The notes under the pieces: model-generated
Told to the model about the DNA's origin: nothing
Databases searched by the model: none
Seen by the model: only the letters and a program-made list of their open reading frames with translations
Translations under genes and position numbers: made by a program
Assembly (NCBI GenBank): GCA_965226885.1
Contig: CBDDEL010000012.1
Location: 288,001-352,000, forward strand
Direction: 5' to 3'
DNA length: 64,000 bases
Origin: Opitutales bacterium
GTDB lineage: Bacteria; Verrucomicrobiota; Verrucomicrobiia; Opitutales; UBA2987
In this document: positions 21,192 through 29,598 of the stretch, piece after piece
Numbering within the stretch: position 1 is the stretch's first letter
Layout: each line of letters begins with the position of its first letter

Positions 21192-21334
21192 TAATTATCT
21201 TAAACCCAAAGTTCAGATTACAGGAGCAAAAGCAGGGGCGCTTTCCCGGCTCTTGCCATAATAAGGTAGAATATTCACTCCATTGGAATACGAAATGGCA
21301 ATCTTATTACTTATACAACAAGTACTTACAAAAT

Positions 21335-21408
21335 TGGTGCGGGCACTCGGAATCGAACCGAGGACACCAGCTTGGAAGGCTGGGGTTTTACCGCTAAACT
21401 ATGCCCGC
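21335..21408 (-). tRNA. tRNA-Gly (anticodon TCC)
   Basis: GCGGGCATAGTTTAGCGGTAAAACCCCAGCCTTCCAAGCTGGTGTCCTCGGTTCGATTCCGAGTGCCCGCACCA: cloverleaf, TTCGA T-loop, encoded CCA. Confidence 0.97.
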
Positions 21409-21718
21409 TAACTATAACAGGCAGTTTTTTCGGAAAGAATTGAGGGGGTCAAGGTTTTCTTGAAGGCTCTATTTAGATTGACTTAAAAGAGGTGGAAAAA
21501 AGTCTTTTCAACCTGACAATGTCTGCTATGATTTTGTAATCTTCGAGCAAATCATTAAAAACAAGGAAATATCATGGCTTTATTAACATCCGGTGCAGCA
21601 GCATCTGCGGGCGGCGGGAGAGCCGGCGGCGCCAAGAAGCTCACTTTCATGGAAGGGCAGAAACTGGCCAAGCAAAGGGCCTATGAAAAACAGGCTAAGA
21701 AGAAAAAAATAGGTTTAG

Positions 21719-23285
21719 CCCGGATATTTCATGAAGGGTAAAGTTTGGCTCGTTATTGCTATTGGAGATGGATTTCTTTGTATTTTGGGCGGATCGTCTT
21801 GATTTTGAGGTGTTTTTCAGGGTGTAGAGACACTTCCCCCTTTCCCCCATTGGTTCGGTAGCGCCGGGGGCAGCGCCAATGCGCCCTTTAGGTTGGCACC
21901 AACCGGCGGGCCGCATGGTTGAAAAGACTGGCCCATGGATAACTTTCACTTAGATGAAAGTGAATCGTTCGGGTGTTGCGCACGATTACCGCTCCGATCT
22001 TGATTAATTTTAGCCGTAGACTGTGGCATTGGAGCCGCGCCCACTTCGTCCCTTTTAATGCGAACCGGCGCAAGGCTTCCATCAAGGTGTAGGCCAGCCC
22101 CGACAAGAGCAATCGCCACTGGTTGGCCCACCATTTATGCGCGCTGGTGCGTTCGCTGAACAATTGCATCTGTTCCTTGATCCGGTTCTCCATCTCACCG
22201 CGGCCACAGTATACTTTGTCGTAAAGCTCTTGGGGATCGCCCTGCAGGTTCGTCACCACGAAGCGCGGGTTGGACCCCTGTGCGGTGTGTTCGGCTTTGT
22301 GGATGATAAGGCGTTGGCGCCGCCACGATTTTGCCCCATACTCGAAGTGCTGAAACAGCCGTTGCTTTTTGCCGCTACCCTCGAACCATTGTTTGGCTTG
22401 CTCCTGCAACTGCCGGGCCGCTTGCTGCAAGCGTGCATGGCGGGCCGTTCCCACTATAAAATAAACCTCGTTGCGCTCGCACCACGAGAGAATCCGATCC
22501 CGGCAGAATCCGCTGTCGGCACGCCAAATAATCCGCGTATGGGGCCAGCTTTGGCGAATCCGTTTAACCAGCAATTTGAGGATGGCCCCGGCATGCTTGC
22601 TCGCATCGATCTTGCTGGGCCGCAGGTAGGCCACCAGAAGCTGATCGCCGCAAAAAACATACAGCGGCAAAAAACAGTAATGATCATAATAACCGTGGAA
22701 AAAACGTCCCTCCTGGAGCCCGTGCACCGGATTGTCGGTGGCGTCAAAGTCCAGGATGATCTCTTCGGGTTCCTCGGCAAAGGATCCCATGAACTGTTCG
22801 ACCAGCAACTCGTTCAGGGCAAAGGCTGCCCGCCGATCCTGCCCGTTTTCAAAACGACACAAAGTCGGCGCGCTGGCCAACGCTTCAGTGCGCCCCGTTA
22901 CCGTTTGCAACAAAGGATCGCGGCGCAGGGTTTCAAAGTCGTTCAAATCCTCATAGCCCGCCACCAGCCCGTAAACGCGCTGCCGGATCATGGCCAGCAT
23001 CTCATGGCGCACTTTGCCCTTCTGCCGTTTGTCTACTAATTGCCGGGCCGCTTGCTCGGTCAAGCCCAACCGCCGATCCACTTCCCGGATCAAAAGCAGC
23101 CCGGCATCCGAAGTAACCTCACCGCCCTTAAAATCAACCCGCACACGGCGGCCTTTTACCCTTGTCAACTGTAGTTCTAATTGTTTACTTTTTGTCATCG
23201 CTGATATTGCTTTAATGTTTAATCTATCCTGCTGTATATCAGCAGATAAGCATATCAGCGATACTTTTTTTATGAAATTTCCGGG
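21719..23285 (-). mobile_element. IS1380-family element, copy A (1567 bp)
   Basis: Ends CCCGGATATTTCAT / ATGAAATTTCCGGG (imperfect inverted repeat) around an intact transposase. Confidence 0.93.
21888..23198 (-). CDS. IS1380-family transposase
   Basis: FKGGEVTSDAGLLL, GYEDLND, LDFDATD, RADSGF, YCGRGEMENRIKE, LRLKLIKIGA. Confidence 0.95.
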   Translation of the reverse strand: MTKSKQLELQLTRVKGRRVRVDFKGGEVTSDAGLLLIREVDRRLGLTEQAARQLVDKRQKGKVRHEMLAMIRQRVYGLVAGYEDLNDFETLRRDPLLQTVTGRTEALASAPTLCRFENGQDRRAAFALNELLVEQFMGSFAEEPEEIILDFDATDNPVHGLQEGRFFHGYYDHYCFLPLYVFCGDQLLVAYLRPSKIDASKHAGAILKLLVKRIRQSWPHTRIIWRADSGFCRDRILSWCERNEVYFIVGTARHARLQQAARQLQEQAKQWFEGSGKKQRLFQHFEYGAKSWRRQRLIIHKAEHTAQGSNPRFVVTNLQGDPQELYDKVYCGRGEMENRIKEQMQLFSERTSAHKWWANQWRLLLSGLAYTLMEALRRFALKGTKWARLQCHSLRLKLIKIGAVIVRNTRTIHFHLSESYPWASLFNHAARRLVPT

Positions 23286-23580
23286 CTAAACCGTTTACAG
23301 GCACCGTGGTGAGGAGCATCCACGAAAGCGCCTTGCACCCTTTGGGGGGATTGTTTTCATGGGCATAGACGGCCCACACTGGCACGCTCTGCCCGCCCCT
23401 GCACGGGTCCTGCAGGAGGACCTGTTTATAGCGGATCTGCAGGCTGGCCCGTCGCTTTGGCTGTCCGGGTTTTCGAGGTACTTGCACCTGTAGGGTTCCC
23501 GCCACCTCCTCCTTCTGCAGGCTCTCCCAGAGCTTTTCCTGCTCTTCTTTGAGAATGCGATTATGGGTCGCGCGCACTAA
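23286..23580 (-). pseudogene. internal fragment of an IS4-family (IS50/Tn5-like) transposase
   Basis: LVRATHNR...VPRKPGQPKRRASLQIRY...VWAVYAHENNPPKGCKALSWMLLTTVPV; bounded by CTAA at 23286-23289 and 23577-23580. Confidence 0.82.
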
Positions 23581-25143
23581 CCCGGATATTTCATGAAGGG
23601 TAAAGTTTGGCTCGTTATTGCTATTGGAGATGGATTTCTTTGTATTTTGAGCAGATCGTCTTGATTTTTAGGTGTTTTTCAGGGTGTAGAGACACTGCCC
23701 CCTTTCCCCCATTGGTTCGGTAGTGCCGGGGGCAGCACCAATGCACCCTTTAGGTTGGCACCAATCGGCGGGCCGCATGGTTGAAAAGACTGGCCCAAGG
23801 ATAACTCTCACTTAGGTGAAAGTGAATCGTTCGGGTGTTGCGCACGATGACCGCTCCGATCTTGATTAATTTGAGCCGCAGGGTGTGGCATTGGGCCCGC
23901 GCCCACTTCGTCCCTTTTAAGGCTAACCGGCGCATGGCTTCCATCAAGGTGTAGGCCAGCGCCGACAAGAGCAATCGCCACTGATTGGCCCACCATTGAT
24001 GGGCGCTGGTGCGCTCGCTGAACAATTGCATCTGTTCCTTGATTCGGTTCTCCATTTCACCGCGGCCACAGTATACCTTGTCGTAAAGCTCCTGGGGATC
24101 GCCCGGCAGGTTCGTCACCACGAAGCGCGGGTTGGACCCCTGTGCGGTGTGTTCGGCTTTATGGATGACCAACCGCAGCCATCGCCACGAATCGGCAGCA
24201 TAGACGAAGTCCTGGAATAACCGTTGTTTTTTACCCCTTAGTTCGAACCATTCTTTGGCCTGCTTTTGCAACTGCTGGGCGTCTTGCTGCAAGCGTGCAT
24301 TGCGAGCCATCCCCACGATGTAACTAACTTCGTTGCGGTCGCACCAAGAGAGTATCCGGTCTCGACAAAATCCACTGTCGGCGCGCCAAATAATCCGCGT
24401 ACGGGGCCAGCTTTGGCGAATCCGTTTAACCAGCAATTTGAGGATGGCCCCGGCATGCTTGCTGGCATCGATCTTGCTCGGCCGCAGGTAGGCCACCAGC
24501 AGCTGATCACCGCAAAAAACATATAGCGGCAGAAAACAGTAATGATCATAATAACCGTGGAAAAAACGTCCCTCCTGGAGCCCGTGCACCGGATTGTCGG
24601 TGGCGTCAAAGTCCAGGATGATCTCTTCGGGTTCCTCGGCAAAGGAGCCCATGAACTGTTCGACCAACAGCTCGTTTACCGCAAAGGCCGCCCGCCGATC
24701 CTGCCCGTTTTCAAAACGACACAAAGTCGGCGCGCTGGCCAACGTTTCAATGCGCCCCGTTACCGTTTGCAACAATGGCTCGTGGCGCAGGGTATCAAAG
24801 TCGTTCAAATCCTCATAGCCCGCCACCAGCCCGTAAACGCGCTGCCGCAGCATCCCCACTCATGGCGTACTTTGCCCTTCTGCCGTTTGTCCACTAACTG
24901 TCGGGCCGCTCGTTCGGTCAAGCCCAACTGCCGATCCACTTCCCGGATCAAAAGCAGTCCGGCATCCGAAGTAACCTCTCCGCCCTTGAAATCAACCCGC
25001 ACACGGCGGCCTTTTACCCTTGTCAACTGTAGCTTTAATTGTTTACCTTTTGTCATCGCTGATATTGCTTTAATTATTGATCTATCCTGCTGTATATCAG
25101 CAGTTAAGCATATCAACGATACTTTTTTTACGAAATATCCGGG
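23581..25143 (-). mobile_element. IS1380-family element, copy B (1563 bp, divergent isoform)
   Basis: Ends CCCGGATATTTCAT / ACGAAATATCCGGG; colinear with copy A. Confidence 0.93.
23750..25056 (-). pseudogene. IS1380 transposase frameshifted by a 4-bp deletion near 24858
   Basis: Copy A reads CAT GAG ATG CTG GCC ATG, copy B reads CAT GAG TG GGG ATG; 1307 nt versus 1311 nt. Confidence 0.9.
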
Positions 25144-25719
25144 TTAGCCGACGTCTGTGTTTTCACACAACAACTCTCCTCCATGTTGGTGGCCGGTCTG
25201 CCTTTGGTGCAAGCTTTGGAAGCGCTCCAGGAACAGACCGAACATCCGGTATTTCAAGTTGTCATACGCGAGGTGAAAGCCGATGTGTCGGGCGGCACCG
25301 CCTTTTCCGATGCGGTGCGGAAATTCCCCAACGCTTTCCCCAATTTGTTCATTTCCATGGTCGAGGCTGGTGAGGCCAGCGGCGGCCTGGCATCCATCCT
25401 GGGCAAAGTGGCCACCTATTTCGAGCAGTCCGTAAAATTGACCAAAAAGGTAAAGGGGGCTATGACCTATCCGGTCGGGGTCATCTGTCTGTCGTGTGCC
25501 CTGGTCAATGTTCTGCTCATCATGGTGATTCCGGTGTTTGCGGATATGTTCTCCGGTTTCGGGGCCGAACTGCCAAAACCAACTCAGTTGCTCATCGACG
25601 CCAGTAATTTTTTGAAACCTTGGCCCGGTATCTGGATATGGCCCCCCAACATCCTTCACATCCTCGCTGGACTGTTTATCGGCTTTAAAATGCTCATGAA
25701 ATTTACCAGCACTCCGAGG

Positions 25720-25769
25720 GGAAGAGTGATCAAGGACCAGGTGTGGAAGAGTGATCAAGGACCAGGTGT
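25720..25769. repeat. perfect 25-bp tandem duplication
   Basis: GGAAGAGTGATCAAGGACCAGGTGT x2. Confidence 0.95.
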
Positions 25770-26341
25770 TATTCAGGATACCGGTGGTTGGCAACCTGGT
25801 GCAAAAGACATCGGTTTCCAGGTTTTGCCGCACCTACGCCATCCTTTTGCGCAGTGGCGTGCCCATTCTGCGAAGCCTTGAAATCGTTTCCAATGCCAGT
25901 GGAAATACTTATATCGAAGCGGCCGTGGTCAATATCACCAGGCATGTCAGCCAGGGCGGGCAGTTATCGGAAGTTCTGGCCAACGACCCATTCTTCCCGC
26001 CCATGGTTAAGCACATGGCCAAGGCGGGCGAGTCCACCGGGAATGTCGATGGCATGATGGACAAAATCTCCGACTTTTACGATGCTGAAATCGAGACCAT
26101 TGTGGAGGCGCTCACCTCCCTTATGGAACCGATACTCATTTGCGTTCTGGGAGTTATCATCGGCGGCATCGTCATGGCCATGTTTCTGCCGATCTTCCAA
26201 CTATCCTCCGTTGTGGGCTGATTTTCCATTCCGGAAGGAGCTAGGTGGAGATTTGCCCGAACCAGAAGAACATGGACAAAATACAATCTTGGGGAAATTT
26301 CATAACAAGCGGCTCGCTGGTTTAAGAAATAATAACGCTTT

Positions 26342-27910
26342 ATGGCTTCGGTACTAATAGTTGACGACCTCCCGGCCGTGCACGAGATGTTGGAAGCGGT
26401 TATCAACCCTTGCGGGTTTTTAAGCGCCTTCGCCTTGAACGGCCAAGATGCCCTCAAACGTTATCGGGAAGGCAACATCGATGTCGTCCTGGTCGATATC
26501 GCCATGGAGCCGATGGATGGCATAACCGTTCTCAAGGAGCTCCGCTCCATCGACTCCAATGCCATCGTCATCATGATGACGGGCTACTCCTCGACCGATA
26601 CTGCCATGCAAGCCCTAAAATTCGGTGCTTTCGACTATGTGCAGAAGCCGTTTCGACTGGAGGAGCTGGTCAAAACCCTGCACCGCGCCGTCGATGCCCG
26701 CAAGAAGGGCAAGGGAGCCAAGGTTGCGGCCGTCGAGGAACCCCTGAGAGCGGAAAAGGATGTGGTGGGAGCGCTGGCCGGGGAGAGCGAGGCTATAAAT
26801 GCTGTCAACAAGCTAGTGCAAAAGTTGCTGCGGGCTAAAACTCCGATGCTCATCCAAGGGGAAGTCGGCACCGGCAAGCGGAGCCTGGCTGATCTTGTTC
26901 ATCAGAAAGGCCCGGGTGCAAGAGCACCCTTTATCGGCATAGATTGCCGCCTGGCCGACCCGGAAGAATTGCGAAAAGGATTGGCCAATGGAGACGGCAC
27001 GCCCGGATTTTTGATCCAGAAAGCCCAGGGAGGCACCCTCTTTTTCAACAATATCGACAAGCTGGCCAAGGTTCTACAAGTATCGGGGGGTACTTTTCGA
27101 TTGATTTGCGCGACCGAAGTGCAATTTGAGAGCCGTCTCGAAAAGGGCAACATATCGGATGATTTCTTTTTCAAGATCGCCACCCTGCCCATCACAATGC
27201 CGCCCTTGCGCAATCGACGGGAGGATTTGCCCGTACTCGTAAAAGATATTTTGAAAAGAGCGGAAAATCCTTTTTTCGATACATCGCAAATCGAGTTATC
27301 CCGGGATGCCGAATCCATGATGTATTATTACCCGTGGCCGGGAAACTTGATCGAACTGTCCAATGTTCTGACCTCTGTCGTGGTTGTTTCCCATAACCGG
27401 TTGATCAACGCCAATCAATTGCCGCTACGGTTGAAAGACGCCCGCAAATGGCCCAACTTGAAAACCTTCCTGATGGCCCGGGAAGAAGCCTATATTACCG
27501 AATTGCTGCACTTATGCGACAATGACAAGGAGAAGGCGGCCAAGCTTGCCGGGGTGGCCGATCTTTTCGAGTCCGAGTCCGAGTCCGTGGTCAAAGCGCG
27601 CGAAAAAGTGGAGGAAGCCAGCAGCCAAGATGCCTCCACCGGAAAGACCGAATTATCGGCCGACGCCCAGGAAGCCCTGGAAAAACTGAAGGCCGAACTC
27701 GATTCTCAGGAGGAAGCCATCAAGGAAGCCAAAGCCATGTTCATCGAGCGGGAAGAATTTCTCGAAACGAGCGAAAACACTCTTTTTGAAAAAGTGATGG
27801 CCCAGCAAGAGCGGGAAACCGAACTTGAACAATTGTCGGAAGATCTGGACCAGCGGGAGCAAAAACTGAATGAACGAGAAAAAGCGCTCGAGGCCAGCGC
27901 CGGGGGCTGA
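26342..27910 (+). CDS. NtrC-like response regulator with degenerate AAA+ domain and C-terminal coiled coil
   Basis: REC domain (VDD, VDIAM, MMTG, KPF); QGEVGTGK, AQGGTLFF, PPLRNRREDL, YPWPGNLIEL; E/Q/K-rich tail. Confidence 0.85.
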   Translation: MASVLIVDDLPAVHEMLEAVINPCGFLSAFALNGQDALKRYREGNIDVVLVDIAMEPMDGITVLKELRSIDSNAIVIMMTGYSSTDTAMQALKFGAFDYVQKPFRLEELVKTLHRAVDARKKGKGAKVAAVEEPLRAEKDVVGALAGESEAINAVNKLVQKLLRAKTPMLIQGEVGTGKRSLADLVHQKGPGARAPFIGIDCRLADPEELRKGLANGDGTPGFLIQKAQGGTLFFNNIDKLAKVLQVSGGTFRLICATEVQFESRLEKGNISDDFFFKIATLPITMPPLRNRREDLPVLVKDILKRAENPFFDTSQIELSRDAESMMYYYPWPGNLIELSNVLTSVVVVSHNRLINANQLPLRLKDARKWPNLKTFLMAREEAYITELLHLCDNDKEKAAKLAGVADLFESESESVVKAREKVEEASSQDASTGKTELSADAQEALEKLKAELDSQEEAIKEAKAMFIEREEFLETSENTLFEKVMAQQERETELEQLSEDLDQREQKLNEREKALEASAGG

Positions 27911-27953
27911 TCCCAAACTGCGGCTTATCCGAGTTTTTCAGTACCCTGTCAGC

Positions 27954-29443
27954 TTAGCTGAATTTTCCGGCGCCGGCCAGGACGCCCATAGCCACATATA
28001 TCAACCCAACCAGGAGCATAAGTGCGGTCCATAGAAGGCCTCTTCTGTAGGCCTTCGGAATGTGTTTTCCGGCCAGATAGGCATAGGCCATGATGAGGAT
28101 TCCGACCAGGGGAGCATCCAGATTCCGACCAGGGGAGCATCCAGAATACCGGCCGTCAGGACCAGGGTCGTCGGCTCCGGCACCATGGTGTAAACGACCC
28201 AGGAACCACCCATCATGAAGGTGATTAAAATGGTGTTCCAAATGTTTTTGGGAACCTTTGCCGTCATCTTCGGGGCAAACATTTGGAACGGCTGGGTGTA
28301 CATGCGGGCAGCCCCGTCGAAAACGGAGATGGCGGTGCTGATGATGGCCGCCCAGGTGCCCAGATAAAACACTCCCCGGGCCCAGCCGCCCCACACCTCG
28401 GTCATCATAAGACTCAGCTCCATGGTCAGATTCGGGCCGGTCAGATTGACTCCCGCCGGGCGCAATATGCCGACTCCCAAAATAAAAGTGGAGGCGCATA
28501 CCAAACCACCCAGAAGATAAGTTATAAAAATATTGATCCGATTTACCCGCAGCCATCCGCGCATTCGGTTTATTTCCTCCTCCGATTCCGGTTCCATTTC
28601 TTCTCTGGAAGGTGGGAGCCCCTTCTCTCGACGGTATTTATACAAGCCCATATGCCTTTCCTCTGCCCAGGCGCTGTAGCGAACGGTCCCCGAACCTGCC
28701 ATGATGAACCCTGCTAAGGCGACAATCATGAGAAGACCGCCCGAACCGGTTTCGCCAGAAGGTATCCTGGGCACCAATCCCAAGGCCAGGTCGCCCGCAA
28801 TGGTGGGCAGAACGAGGGCGGCGCAAGCTACCAGGCAAACCGTAAAAACGATGGTCAGGACGGTGTTGATCCTTTCCGCCGTACGATAACCGCCGATGGT
28901 GAGAAGGAACCAGACCAGGACAAAATTAAGACCTGTCCAGGCAACGCTTTGGAGGAGTTTTTCGCTCTCAGCATGGTCGCTAGGTTGAAATGAAAGAACC
29001 GCCCAGGATGGAGGCAAAAGCCAGTTCGGCAGGGGCCCAAAAATATTGTAACAAACCAGACCGGCAATGGCCACAATACTTCCGCGCAAAACAAAATCTT
29101 TTACCACGTTGACGGCATACCATACCCATGGAATCCAACTCAGCCGAGGACCCGCACCCAAACAGATTTCGAGAAAGTTCTTTCCCGTCACCAAGGAGAC
29201 GCGGCCAATAGCTTCATTCCAAAAGGCCTTGGAAACCACGGTAAAAATAATCACCCAAAAAAGCACGGCCCCATACCGAGCCCCGGCCACCGGTCCGGTA
29301 AGCAGTTCCCCGCTGCCGATGGCTTCGCCCAGAAGCATCAGCATCGGCCCAATCCAGGCCACAGCTTTAAACGCTTCCCGCGGTACAGCCGCCACCCGTG
29401 CCGCCACCCGTGAAGATGAAAAAGATGTCACGGCCTTCTCCAT
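27954..29443 (-). pseudogene. Nramp/APC-superfamily transporter, frameshifted by a 23-bp duplication
   Basis: IGPMLMLLGEAIGSGELL..P..GARYG pattern, many TM segments; removing one copy gives 488 aa ending ...GVLAGAGKFS*. Confidence 0.82.
28098..28143. repeat. perfect 23-bp tandem duplication
   Basis: GATTCCGACCAGGGGAGCATCCA x2. Confidence 0.95.
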
Positions 29444-29598
29444 AGCATATTAAACGCTATGGAGAAAAGACATTTTCACATACCATGACAGTAAAGCAAC
29501 GGCCAGTTCGTGCGGAACAATACTGTAGACACGGATCGATTCGCGGGAATGGGTTTTCCCTTGAAATTTCAGATCATAAACCCTTGTAGTTCAGTCTG

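Larger units (their letters stand above)
21719..25143 (-). mobile_element. composite transposon: IS1380 copy A + IS4-type transposase fragment + IS1380 copy B
   Basis: TTAG direct repeat at 21715-21718 and 25144-25147 flanks the whole 3425-bp unit; removal restores the pilC reading frame. Confidence 0.85.
21574..26221 (+). pseudogene. type IV pilus/T2SS platform protein (PilC/GspF), interrupted by a composite transposon and a 25-bp duplication
   Basis: Joining 21574-21718 to 25148-26221 and removing one 25-bp copy gives 397 aa: ...KKKKIGL/ADVCVFTQQLSSMLVAGLPL...AGEASG...FCRTYAILLRSGVP...GESTG...LMEPILI. Confidence 0.92.

Noticed and set aside
20655..21408. Integrative element at tRNA-Gly
   Set aside because: No integrase and no duplicated tRNA 3' end seen in the window
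27568..27587. GAGTCC x3 (ESESES) as a phase-variable repeat
   Set aside because: In-frame, short, in a low-complexity linker
4857..28143. Tandem 16-25 bp repeats as CRISPR or mini-array remnants
   Set aside because: Each is two adjacent copies with no spacer, the units are unrelated coding sequence, and no cas genes are present
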